DNA from: Acidobacteriota bacterium
GTDB taxonomy: Bacteria; Acidobacteriota; UBA890; WLXD01
Assembly (NCBI GenBank): GCA_965205505.1
Contig: CBDBHB010000009.1
Coordinates: 3,008,001-3,072,000 of the forward strand
Direction of reading: 5' to 3'
DNA: 64,000 nucleotides
Shown: piece by piece, positions 43,399-52,968 of the stretch
How the letters are laid out: the number at the start of each line of letters is the position of its first letter
How positions within the stretch are numbered: position 1 is the first letter of the stretch
Notes under the pieces: generated by a model
Told to the model about the DNA's origin: nothing
Database searches by the model: none
Seen by the model: only the letters and a program-made list of their open reading frames with translations
Position numbers and translations under genes: made by a program

Positions 43399-44790
43399 AT
43401 GGTCATCTTGAATAAGCCGCTTCCGCGCCGCACGGTTCTGCGCGGTGTGGGCGCGACCGTTGCATTGCCCTTGCTCGACGCGATGGTGCCAGCAGCCAGT
43501 TGGGCACGGACCGGCGCCGACTCCTCTGATCCCACTCGGCTGGTCTGTATCGAAATGGTGCACGGCGCCGCCGGTTGCAACGATTACGGTGCTTCGAAGA
43601 ACTACTGGTCGCCGGCGGAGACGGGCCGCCAATTCGATCTCAGCCCGAGCTCGCTTCGCGCCCTCGAGCCGTTTCGCGAACAGCTGACCATCGTCAGCAA
43701 CACCGACTGCCAGGGCGCCGAGGCGGTTATCCCGAAGGAGATCGGCGGCGATCACTTCCGCTCGAGCGCCGTCTTCCTGACCCAGGCGCACCCGCTGCAA
43801 ACTCAGGGTTCGGACGTGCGCGTCGGCACGTCCATGGATCAGCTGCACGCGCATCGTTTCGGTCAGAACACGCCGATTCCGTCAATGCAACTCTGCATCG
43901 AGAACGTCGATGCAGCAGGCGGATGCGCGTATGGATACGCCTGCGTGTACACCGACACGATCAGCTGGGCTGCCCCGAATCGCCCGCTGCCGATGATCCG
44001 AGACCCCCGCGTGGTCTTCGATCAGCTATTCGGCGTCGGTGGTACCCAAGAGGAGCGCGCCGAGCGCCGGCGAGCAGATCGCAGCATTCTCGACTGGATA
44101 ACCGGCGAGATCTCGCGCCTGAAGGCCGGCTTCGGCCCCGAAGATCGGCGGCGCATAGATCGGTATCTCGAGAACGTTCGTGAGATCGAGCGCCGAATAC
44201 TACGAATCGAGGAGCGCAACGCGAGCGGTGAGGTACGCGAGCTGCCCGAGGCCCCGGCGGGCGTGCCGGACTCCTTCGAGGAACACGTCAAGCTCATGTT
44301 CGACCTCCAGGTCCTGGGCTTCGCTGCTGATGTGACCCGCGTGTTCTCGTTCAAGATGGGTCGCGATGCCTCGTCGCGCGTCTATCCACAGAGCGGCACC
44401 AACAAGGGCTTCCATCCCGCCTCACACCATGGAGGCAAGGAAGAGAACATCGACGAGTTCGCCCTCATCAACGACTACCACGTCAGCTTGATGCCGTACT
44501 TCCTGGAGCAGCTGCGGAACACGATGGAGGGTGACAGTAGTCTGCTCGACAAGAGCATGGTGATCTACGGGTCGCCGATGGGCGATCCCAACCTCCACAA
44601 CCACAAGAGGTGCCCGCTATTCCTTGTCGGCGGCGCCAACGGCCAGCTCGATGGGAACCTCCACCTGAGGGCCGACGATGCCACCCCGATGGCCAACGTC
44701 ATGTTGAGCCTGATGCATAGGCTCGGCCACAACGACATGACGAGCTTCGGTGATAGCACCGGCGAGTTCGCGCTATCGGCGCCAGCGTGA
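43399..44790 (+). CDS. DUF1552 (HXXSHH) family protein, Tat-like leader
   Basis: LPRRTVLRGVGATVALPLLDAM, CAYGYACVY, HPASHH, NLHNH; GGAGG RBS. Confidence 0.92.
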   Translation: MVILNKPLPRRTVLRGVGATVALPLLDAMVPAASWARTGADSSDPTRLVCIEMVHGAAGCNDYGASKNYWSPAETGRQFDLSPSSLRALEPFREQLTIVSNTDCQGAEAVIPKEIGGDHFRSSAVFLTQAHPLQTQGSDVRVGTSMDQLHAHRFGQNTPIPSMQLCIENVDAAGGCAYGYACVYTDTISWAAPNRPLPMIRDPRVVFDQLFGVGGTQEERAERRRADRSILDWITGEISRLKAGFGPEDRRRIDRYLENVREIERRILRIEERNASGEVRELPEAPAGVPDSFEEHVKLMFDLQVLGFAADVTRVFSFKMGRDASSRVYPQSGTNKGFHPASHHGGKEENIDEFALINDYHVSLMPYFLEQLRNTMEGDSSLLDKSMVIYGSPMGDPNLHNHKRCPLFLVGGANGQLDGNLHLRADDATPMANVMLSLMHRLGHNDMTSFGDSTGEFALSAPA

Positions 44791-46679
44791 TTCGGACAGC
44801 GATGCACTCTCGGAGGACCAGCATGCTCCGACGATACGCGGGCCGGCCGACCGCCGCTTTGATCTTCGCCGTTTGTCTGCCCGCGCTGGTAGCGGCGGCA
44901 CCGAGCGCCTCGCCGGTAGCCGACGCGGCGATGCGCGGCGATGTCGACGCGGTGCACTCGTTACTCCGGCAAGGCGCCGATGTAAACGCGGCCCAGGGTG
45001 ACGGCATGACCGCCCTGCACTGGGCGGCGCGAAACGACGACAGCGCCCTGCTCGAGATGCTCATCTACGCGGGTGCCAGCCCCACCGCGGTAACGCGAAT
45101 CGGCGACTACACTGCGCTTCACCTGGCCGCCAAATCCGGGCACGCGCAAGCGGTCGAGGTACTGTTGCGGGCCGGTAGCAGTGTGGACGCCACGACAACG
45201 GCGGGAGGCGCGAGCGCCCTGCATTTCGCCTCGGCAGCGGGCAACTTGAACGCCATCACCGCGCTCCTGGACCATGGCGCAGACGTCAACGCGCGGGAGT
45301 CGACCTGGGGGCAGACGTCGCTGATGTTTGCTGCCGCGGCGAACCGCGTCGAGGCGGTGGACCTGCTGGTTCAACGAGGCGCCGACTCGTCTATCACCGC
45401 CAGGGTCGTCGACCTGCCCGCCTTCGAAGAGCGCCTGAACGCTCAAAAGGAGCAGCGCGACCGACGCATCGCGGCGCTTCAGGCAATCGATCCCGAAGAT
45501 TCCGTCGAGCCTGTGAGGCCCACTCCCTCGAGGGAGCCTCTCGACGCAACGCCGGCCGAGCCGACAGCGAAGCCGGCACCGGCTGCCGAGGCAAAGCCCG
45601 AGCCCGAGTCAGAGGAGGCGCCATCTCCACCGGTCGCCGAGTCGGCCGCACTCGAAGAGGAAGAGGCGGAAGGAGAGCCGCCGGACTACCACGACCTCGT
45701 GGGTACGCACGGCGGCATGACCGCGCTGCTGCACGCGGCTCGCGAAGGTCATGGCGCCACCGTACAGGCCTTGCTGGAGTCCGAAGCCGACGTCAATCTG
45801 GTCAACGCCGGCGATCGCACCAGCCCGCTACTGATCGCCGTGGTGAACGGCCACTTCGACCTGGCGATGTACCTTCTCGACCAAGGTGCCGACCCGACCC
45901 TGGCAAGCACCGGCGGCCTGACACCGCTCTACGCCACCATAAAGGTGCAGTGGGCGCCTAAGTCGCGGTACCCACAGCAGTACGCCTACACGCAGCAGCG
46001 CACTGGCTATATGGAGTTGCTACAGGCGCTGTTGGATGCCGGGGCCGATCCGAACGTTCGGCTCAACAAGCATCTGTGGCATATGTCGTACAACTTCCAC
46101 TTGCTCGGCGTGGACTCCAAAGGGGCGACGCCGCTCTGGAGGGCCGCCTACGCTACCGATGTTGCGGCGATGCGGCTACTGGTCGCCCACGGCGCCGATC
46201 CGAACGTCCCCACGCAGGTAGTGCCCAAGCGCCGGCGCTACGCGGACAGCGGCGGCGAGGATGGCAAGATGGACCCCTCGGGTCTGCCCCCGGTACCGAT
46301 CAACGGGCCCGCCGTGTATCCCATCCACGCGGCCTCGGGCGTGGGATACGGCCAGGGCTATGCAGGGAACTCGCACCGGCATGTGCCGGACGCGTGGTTG
46401 GCGACCGTTACGTATCTGATGGAAGAGCTCGGTGCGGACGTCAACGCCCGCGACCATGACGGGTACGCGCCGCTGCACCATGCCGCCGCACGAGGAGACA
46501 ATGAGCTCATTCGGTACCTCGTGGAGCACGGCGCCGATCCCACCGTGATTAGCCGCCGCGGTCAGACGACAGTCGATATGGCGAACGGGCCCGTACAGCG
46601 CATCCAGCCGTTCCCCGAGACCATCGCGCTGCTCGAGAGCTTGGGCGCGGAGAACAGCCATAACTGCGTCTCCTGCTGA
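44787..46679 (+). CDS. Exported ankyrin-repeat protein
   Basis: Repeated GxTALHxAA units; GTGA overlap with the upstream stop; ends NCVSC. Confidence 0.92.
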   Translation: MIRTAMHSRRTSMLRRYAGRPTAALIFAVCLPALVAAAPSASPVADAAMRGDVDAVHSLLRQGADVNAAQGDGMTALHWAARNDDSALLEMLIYAGASPTAVTRIGDYTALHLAAKSGHAQAVEVLLRAGSSVDATTTAGGASALHFASAAGNLNAITALLDHGADVNARESTWGQTSLMFAAAANRVEAVDLLVQRGADSSITARVVDLPAFEERLNAQKEQRDRRIAALQAIDPEDSVEPVRPTPSREPLDATPAEPTAKPAPAAEAKPEPESEEAPSPPVAESAALEEEEAEGEPPDYHDLVGTHGGMTALLHAAREGHGATVQALLESEADVNLVNAGDRTSPLLIAVVNGHFDLAMYLLDQGADPTLASTGGLTPLYATIKVQWAPKSRYPQQYAYTQQRTGYMELLQALLDAGADPNVRLNKHLWHMSYNFHLLGVDSKGATPLWRAAYATDVAAMRLLVAHGADPNVPTQVVPKRRRYADSGGEDGKMDPSGLPPVPINGPAVYPIHAASGVGYGQGYAGNSHRHVPDAWLATVTYLMEELGADVNARDHDGYAPLHHAAARGDNELIRYLVEHGADPTVISRRGQTTVDMANGPVQRIQPFPETIALLESLGAENSHNCVSC

Positions 46680-46717
46680 CGGCGGTCGACGCTGGCTCTC
46701 TCCGCCTGATCGTGCGC

Positions 46718-47506
46718 CTACTTGAGCGTCACCCAGATCAAATCGATCGTGGTGTCGCCGGTGTTGCCGGATTCGTGCCCCTCGCTGAGCGGAACAGCCT
46801 CCATCCAGCCCACGGAGCCGGTCTCGGAAAACGGTGACGGATCGCGCTGTACGCCGCCGCGGCGTCCCGACCAGATGCCTCCCTTGATGTGGATGTAGAC
46901 CTGTTTGCCGGGATGCGAGTGGATGCCCTCCCACTCACCGGGGCGGACGATAAACCGCTGTACGACGACGCGCTCGTTCTCCAACAGCACGTCACCGTCA
47001 GGATCCGCCAGGTTCGGATAAGTCAATAAGAACTGCTTGTCGGCGTCGGGGGCGGCCGGCGCATCTTTCTTCAGAGTCACCCAGATCAGGTCGATCGGGG
47101 CGTCGCCGGTGTTGCCGGATTCGTGCCCCTCGCTGAGCGGAATCGGCTCCATCCAGCCTACCGAACCGTCCGCGGACGGGGAACCGGAAGAGGTAGGCTC
47201 GCCGCCTCCGGTAATGCCGGACCATTGGCCGCCCTTGACATGCACGTAAACCTGGTTGCCGGGATGCGAGTGGATCCCCTCCCACTCGCCCGGGCCCACG
47301 ACGAACCGTTGCACCACGACAAGCTCGTTCTCGAGCAGCACCTCGCCGTCAGGATTCGCCAGGTTCGGATAGGTCAATAGAAACTGCTTGTCGCTGGCGG
47401 CAGCCGGCGCGGCGACCTGTTCGGTCGGTGTCGGGGCTTGCTCGCTTCCGGCAGGGGCAGCGGCGAACATGAGCATGACGAGGGTCAAAGTCAATCTGCG
47501 GCGCAT
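46718..47506 (-). CDS. Exported tandem-cupin protein
   Basis: Signal peptide and two near-identical domains with WEGIHSHPG.Q and GHESGNTGD..IDLIWVTLK. Confidence 0.85.
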   Translation of the reverse strand: MRRRLTLTLVMLMFAAAPAGSEQAPTPTEQVAAPAAASDKQFLLTYPNLANPDGEVLLENELVVVQRFVVGPGEWEGIHSHPGNQVYVHVKGGQWSGITGGGEPTSSGSPSADGSVGWMEPIPLSEGHESGNTGDAPIDLIWVTLKKDAPAAPDADKQFLLTYPNLADPDGDVLLENERVVVQRFIVRPGEWEGIHSHPGKQVYIHIKGGIWSGRRGGVQRDPSPFSETGSVGWMEAVPLSEGHESGNTGDTTIDLIWVTLK

Positions 47507-47685
47507 GGTTTCTCTCCTGCGCACACGAAGGCGCGCGGCCAGTTGGCTCGGAACTCGGCGGCAAACATTCACCATGCGGGCAACTCGTTCAAGCGTCGAT
47601 GGGTCGGTTGCGATTGCTCCATACCGAGGGTGGCCGTTACGATCCCCACGCAGGAGCATTCCGGATCTCCAAACACGGCGCCGAC

Positions 47686-48138
47686 ATGAAGCTTCGATCT
47701 ACGACAATAGCCACGGCCACCTGCTTGGCTCTGGGCGGTCTTCTCACCGCGCTCGGTTCGCCCGCCACGGTTGGGGCAAGACAGACTCAATCGGTGTGGA
47801 ACGGGATCTATACCGTGGACCAAGCTGAACGTGGCCGGCCGCTCTACGAAACCGCCTGCGCCGGGTGTCACGGTGCCGACCTCACGGGTGGAGACGAAGC
47901 GCCGCTGCTTGCAGGCGGCGAGTTCGTCTGGACCTGGAACGGGCTGACGGTCGGAGCGCTATTCGAACGCATCCGTAAGTCGATGCCCGTTGACGATCCC
48001 GGCAGCGTGAGTCGTCAAGAAAAGGCCGACATCCTGGCCTTTGTGTTCTCGGTCAACGAGTTTCCGGCCGGTGAATCGGAGCTAGCTTCGCGCACCTCTA
48101 CGCTTGAACGAATCATGTTCGAGGCCATCCAGCAGTAG
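47686..48138 (+). CDS. Monoheme cytochrome c
   Basis: Signal peptide, CAGCHG, distal SMP. Confidence 0.9.
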   Translation: MKLRSTTIATATCLALGGLLTALGSPATVGARQTQSVWNGIYTVDQAERGRPLYETACAGCHGADLTGGDEAPLLAGGEFVWTWNGLTVGALFERIRKSMPVDDPGSVSRQEKADILAFVFSVNEFPAGESELASRTSTLERIMFEAIQQ

Positions 48139-48177
48139 CGACCGAGCGCGCGCCGCCACAGGCGGTGGCGAGCGGCG

Positions 48178-49203
48178 GTGATCAGGAGCGAGACCATGCG
48201 CCGAACGCAACGAATTCATCCGGCAGCCGGAGCTACCATGCTCGCTCTCCTCCTGCCCTTGGCAGTCTTCGCGCGGACGCAGGACAACCCCTACCGCGTC
48301 GCCGATGCGGCCTGGGGCGAGCTCCCCAACGGCCGTACATACGGGTCCATAAGCGCGGTGCACCCGGCGCCTGACGGCACCCTGTGGGTTGCCGACCGTT
48401 GTGGCCAGAACAGCTGCCTCGGACGAGATGAGGCTCCTATTCTGCACTTCGATGCGTCGGGGAAGCTGCTCAACAGCTTCGGCGCCGGGTTGTTCGTGTG
48501 GCCTCATGGCATCGAGGTCGACGCGGAGGGCAACGTCTGGGTGACCGACGCCCAGGTTCGGAGCGGCCAGGGCAATCAGGTGCTGAAGTTCAGCCCGGAC
48601 GGTGAGCTGTTGCTGACCCTGGGCCTCAAGGGCCGAGTCGACGGTGACCGCCCCGACTTGTTCACCGGACCGACGGACGTCGCCGTCACAGCGGCCGGCG
48701 ACATCTTCGTCCTCGACGGACACGGCCCGCTCGGTAACAACCGTGTGGTGAGGTTCACAGGTGACGGCGAGTTGGTCACCTCTTGGGGTGAGACCGGAAG
48801 CGGGGTGGGCCAGTTTCACGATCCCCACGCTATCGACATCGATTCCCAGGGTCGCATCTTCGTCGGCGACCGCGGCAACAATCGTATTCAGATCTTCGAT
48901 CAGGACGGCAGCCATATCGCTACGTGGACGCAGTTCGGGCGGCCTAGCGGTATCTTCATCGATGCCAACGACGTTCTATATGTGGCCGACTCGGAGTCGC
49001 ACTCGGGCAACCCTGGCTACCGACGTGGTATCCGCATCGGCAGCGCCAGCGACGGCTGGGTCTCCGCCTTCATCCCCGACGCTGAGCCCAACCCAGGGAA
49101 CTACATTACGAGCGGAGCCGAGGGAGTCGCGGCCGACGCCATGGGCAACGTCTTCGGCGCCGAGGTAACGAATCGGACGCTGGTGAAGTACGTCCGGCGG
49201 TAG
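48178..49203 (+). CDS. Exported NHL-repeat beta-propeller, PAL-like
   Basis: WPHGIEVD..GNVWVTD, PTDVAV, DPHAIDID, VGDRGNNRIQIF. Confidence 0.88.
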   Translation: MIRSETMRRTQRIHPAAGATMLALLLPLAVFARTQDNPYRVADAAWGELPNGRTYGSISAVHPAPDGTLWVADRCGQNSCLGRDEAPILHFDASGKLLNSFGAGLFVWPHGIEVDAEGNVWVTDAQVRSGQGNQVLKFSPDGELLLTLGLKGRVDGDRPDLFTGPTDVAVTAAGDIFVLDGHGPLGNNRVVRFTGDGELVTSWGETGSGVGQFHDPHAIDIDSQGRIFVGDRGNNRIQIFDQDGSHIATWTQFGRPSGIFIDANDVLYVADSESHSGNPGYRRGIRIGSASDGWVSAFIPDAEPNPGNYITSGAEGVAADAMGNVFGAEVTNRTLVKYVRR

Positions 49204-49239
49204 TTGCGCCGCGCCGCGGGCAGAAAACTGCTCCGCCGC

Positions 49240-50613
49240 CTACTCTTCGCTCTCGGCCGCTGCGCGGCGCTTGTCGACCTCGGCGTCGAAGTCCTCCTGC
49301 TCCATGTAGGTGAAATCGATCCAGACGTGCGCCATCTCGTCGACAGTGCGGTCGCCATAACCAACCCACTGATCGGGATCCGGATTGTTCGGATTGTCCT
49401 CGGTATTGTCGTGCCAGGTGGTGACCAGCAGCGTCGTTCCGGCAGGCAGCAACGGCGCCACATCGTCGTCATAGATGTAGTTGATGTGCCAGTTCCACTG
49501 GAAATCGCCGACGTGGCTGAGCACCTCGCGACGACCATCCGGATAAATCGCTTCGAGGGTCTGCGCCTTGCCGCGCATGTGCATGTGCGGCTGGAAGTTC
49601 TCGATGCGCGCCGGAGCGACGAGCACCTGCTGGTGCTGGATCACGCTGACCTGGTGCGGTGGGATATCAAGCCGGGACTCCCGCGTTCCCTCGCCGATCA
49701 TTCCCAGCATCGTACGGTGCTTTGGGACGTAGCCGCGCGGATAGAAGTACACGCCCAGCTCGACGACGTCGTCGGTCACCTGTGCGCCGTACGCGTAGTA
49801 GTGCACCTCCCACTGAATCATCGAGCCGGGCAACATCAGCTTGCCCGCGGTAGGTGGAAACACTTCGCCGACCTTGCCGATCGCCCACTCCATGAAGGTC
49901 CCGGCGCGGCGTGCCTCTGGAGGAACGTTGCTCGCCAGGCCGACAATGTCGTCCTCCTCTTGGAGTAGATAGGTGAGGACGTGATGCACTGCTTTGCGTC
50001 CCCCAGGGTAGGACGGCTTGATCTCGATGGCGCGCACCCAACGTGGCTCGGTCAGGCCGGTCTCGACGATGGGGCGCCACCATTTGTCCTCGCCGAGATC
50101 CTCGACGGTGTATGGCACCGAACGGACGATTAGATCGGGCTCACCGAACTCGTCGGCCAGCCGCCACTCGGCGGGGTCAGGGAAGTCGCGCGGCGGCGGC
50201 ATGTCGGCGGGATCACCCATGGGGGCGCCTTCATCGATCCAACGAACGATGGTGGCCAACTCGTCGTCGGTCAGCGAACGGTCGTTCTTGTAGCGCTGGA
50301 TTCCGACCGTCTTGTCGATGTGCCAGGGTGGCATACGACGCGCCACCAGCGCCTTGCGGATCGGCCTGAGAAAAGCTCGTACGTCCTCATATGTCAGCAA
50401 CGACATCGGAGCGATGGAGTCCGGCTTGTGGCACTCCTGACACTTCACCTGGAGGATCGGCGCTACATCCTTGGTGAATGTGATCGGGTCGTCGTCCGCG
50501 ATCGGTACGCTGCCCGAGAAGGCGCTCCCGCTGAAGGCCAATACCGCGACGAAGGCAACGCTGGCGATAGCGAGGCTCTGTAACACGCGAGGGTAAGACC
50601 GGTTGCCTGTCAT
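49240..50613 (-). CDS. Cytochrome c-fused copper type II (PHM/DBH-like) monooxygenase
   Basis: Signal peptide, CQECH, MPPW, AVHHV, EVHY, PHMH, DEM. Confidence 0.85.
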   Translation of the reverse strand: MTGNRSYPRVLQSLAIASVAFVAVLAFSGSAFSGSVPIADDDPITFTKDVAPILQVKCQECHKPDSIAPMSLLTYEDVRAFLRPIRKALVARRMPPWHIDKTVGIQRYKNDRSLTDDELATIVRWIDEGAPMGDPADMPPPRDFPDPAEWRLADEFGEPDLIVRSVPYTVEDLGEDKWWRPIVETGLTEPRWVRAIEIKPSYPGGRKAVHHVLTYLLQEEDDIVGLASNVPPEARRAGTFMEWAIGKVGEVFPPTAGKLMLPGSMIQWEVHYYAYGAQVTDDVVELGVYFYPRGYVPKHRTMLGMIGEGTRESRLDIPPHQVSVIQHQQVLVAPARIENFQPHMHMRGKAQTLEAIYPDGRREVLSHVGDFQWNWHINYIYDDDVAPLLPAGTTLLVTTWHDNTEDNPNNPDPDQWVGYGDRTVDEMAHVWIDFTYMEQEDFDAEVDKRRAAAESEE

Positions 50614-50624
50614 GGTGAGCTCCT

Positions 50625-51473
50625 TCATGGAGTAACGGTGACTCGTACGAACGAATTCGTCCAGCAGCACTGCGCATGCCCCGCGGCAAAGGTCCCCGAG
50701 ACGTCGTTGGCGAGCACTCGTAGGACGTACTTTCCCGGTGCGCTGAATGTCGCGGTTGTGGTCGCTTTTCCGCCATCTGCGCGATCGACCGAGAGGGTGG
50801 CATCGGCAAACGAGACGTCCCCCTTGCCCTGGTGCTTGTGCCAGGTAAGGTCGAGCGTGTCGCCGGTGGACCTCCGGTGCCAATACGACTCGCTTCTGGC
50901 ATCGTCGATCGCCCAGACCGTGAGCGTCAGTGGATCGCCGACGGCAACGGTCCTGGGCGGACCGTAGATTCCTCCCGGCCCGCTACCTCCCGGGCCATCA
51001 GGGGCGAACTTGATCACGGGCGGCGTGTTCTGCACGCCCGCCTCACCCTCCAGGGCGTCGATGTAGTAGCCGCGGTCCAGGTGCCCCGGTACCGAGTACG
51101 TCTTGCCGCGAATGACGATCGTCCAGAAGAGCTTCCGGTCGCCGAAATCGGCCGGCACTTTGACGCCGAACACGCCCCAGTGACGACGTGGCCCAAAGCG
51201 GGTCGGCTGGCCCCGGTCGGGGTCGCCGGCCTCGAAGCGATTGTTCGGACCTAGCGGAATCTCGACGACCTCTTCCGAGTTGCGGTTGAAGTAGCCGAAC
51301 GAGAGCGTCCGTGTGCCATCCGAGTTTATGTACCAGCCCTCGAAGACCGGGGTTACCCCCTCCCCTGACCTGGCCACGGGCCCGAGCGGTAGCTGGCCAG
51401 CAAAGAGTGCCGTACTAGCTGTAGCGACGGCGGCAGCCGTCAGCAGTCCTAGTGCCACGCGACCTCTGGACAT
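50625..51473 (-). CDS. Exported protein of unknown function, Ig/PKD-like C-terminus, vicinal Cys
   Basis: Signal peptide, PVFEGWY..DGT..LSFGYFNRN, ATFSAPGKYVLR, QCCWTN; 11 bp upstream of the monooxygenase. Confidence 0.75.
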   Translation of the reverse strand: MSRGRVALGLLTAAAVATASTALFAGQLPLGPVARSGEGVTPVFEGWYINSDGTRTLSFGYFNRNSEEVVEIPLGPNNRFEAGDPDRGQPTRFGPRRHWGVFGVKVPADFGDRKLFWTIVIRGKTYSVPGHLDRGYYIDALEGEAGVQNTPPVIKFAPDGPGGSGPGGIYGPPRTVAVGDPLTLTVWAIDDARSESYWHRRSTGDTLDLTWHKHQGKGDVSFADATLSVDRADGGKATTTATFSAPGKYVLRVLANDVSGTFAAGHAQCCWTNSFVRVTVTP

Positions 51474-51594
51474 CGGCTCTCCTGAGGAGGATCCGCACAT
51501 GGGCGCTCGAGGCAAACCTGTGTGCGCCCGCAGGTGGAGAGATCGTACACGTACCATCGGCCAGCACGGTCAGTCAACGAAGGGTGCACCGCGA

Positions 51595-52959
51595 ATGAGC
51601 GCGGATACAATGGCCGCCGCACCACCAGGCGCCAAGCAACTGCCCCGTGATCGAAGAACCAGCGGTAGAGATTTGAAAATACGAAGTAATCGGTACGTGA
51701 TCCTCGCCTGCCTGACAGTGGCCGGAGAGATGGTGTTCTCTCTGCCATTCCACGTGGGCAGGTTCTTCCGCGCTACGACCCTTGACGTGTTCGGTTTCTC
51801 GAACACGCAATTCGGTGACGCCTTCGCGGTCTACGGCGTCACGGCGATGCTCTCCTATTTCTTCGGCGGCCCGCTCGCCGATCGCTTCTCCGCGCGCAAG
51901 CTGATCGCCACGTCTCTGTTCGCCACTGGCTTGGGTGGCTTCTACATGGCGAGCATCCCGGGCTTCGCCGGCACCACGCTCTTGTTCGGGTACTGGGGGG
52001 CCACCACCATCCTCTTCCTGTGGGCCGCGATGATCCGCGCTACCCGCGAGTGGGGCGGCGTGGCGGCCCAGGGGCGCGCGTTCGGATTGCTGGATGGCGG
52101 TCGTGGTCTGGCAGCTGCGGCCATGGCCAGCGTCGCCGTCGTGCTCTTCGGGCTGTTTCTACCCGGCGAGACGACTGAGATAACGGCGACCGAGCGGCTC
52201 GCTGCGCTCCGCGCGGTCATCTATTTCTACACCGCAATGACCATCGCCGCGGGGGCCCTCGTATTGCTCGTCATACCCGAGTCGAAGCGCAACCACCTCT
52301 CGTCCCCGCGCAACCCGCTTCCGGCGCTGCGGGCGGTCGTGGGTACGGCGTGCGTCTGGGCTCAGGCGCTTATCGTCGTGTGCTCCTACTGTGCCTACAA
52401 AGGTCTAGACAACTACTCGCTCTACGCCGTCGAGGTGATGGGAATGAGCGAGTTCCAGGCGGCGCAGTTCACCGCCAGCGCGACGTACCTCCGCCTGTTC
52501 GGGGCGATCGGCGCCGGGTTACTCGCCGACCGCTTCACCGCCCGGCGAACCCTTGCCGGACTCTTCATGATCCTGACAGTGAGCTACGTCGCCCTGGCGA
52601 TGTCGAGCCCGGCGGCGGGACTGGTCGGTGTCATCTACGCCAACCTCCTCGTAACCTTCGCCGCTACCTACGGTCTTCGGGGCATTTATTTCGCCCTGCT
52701 GGAGGAGACCAAGGTGCCGAGCACTCGCACGGGGACCGCGGTTGGCGTGATCTCCGTCGTCGGCTTCACGCCAGAGATATTCTTCGCGTCGATCGCCGGG
52801 CGGATTCTCGACTATTCACCGGGCGTCGCCGGCCACCAGAACTTCTTCGCATTCCTTGCGATGATCGTGGTGATCGGGGTCGGCGCCTACTTCGTGCTGG
52901 CGCGTCTCTTGAGATCCGAAGATTCGCGAGCTACATCATTGGCACGAGAGCGTACTTGA
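51595..52959 (+). CDS. MFS transporter
   Basis: GGPLADRFSARKL, QGRAFGLLDGGRG, about 12 hydrophobic segments. Confidence 0.9.
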   Translation: MSADTMAAAPPGAKQLPRDRRTSGRDLKIRSNRYVILACLTVAGEMVFSLPFHVGRFFRATTLDVFGFSNTQFGDAFAVYGVTAMLSYFFGGPLADRFSARKLIATSLFATGLGGFYMASIPGFAGTTLLFGYWGATTILFLWAAMIRATREWGGVAAQGRAFGLLDGGRGLAAAAMASVAVVLFGLFLPGETTEITATERLAALRAVIYFYTAMTIAAGALVLLVIPESKRNHLSSPRNPLPALRAVVGTACVWAQALIVVCSYCAYKGLDNYSLYAVEVMGMSEFQAAQFTASATYLRLFGAIGAGLLADRFTARRTLAGLFMILTVSYVALAMSSPAAGLVGVIYANLLVTFAATYGLRGIYFALLEETKVPSTRTGTAVGVISVVGFTPEIFFASIAGRILDYSPGVAGHQNFFAFLAMIVVIGVGAYFVLARLLRSEDSRATSLARERT

Positions 52960-52968
52960 GATCGTGAC

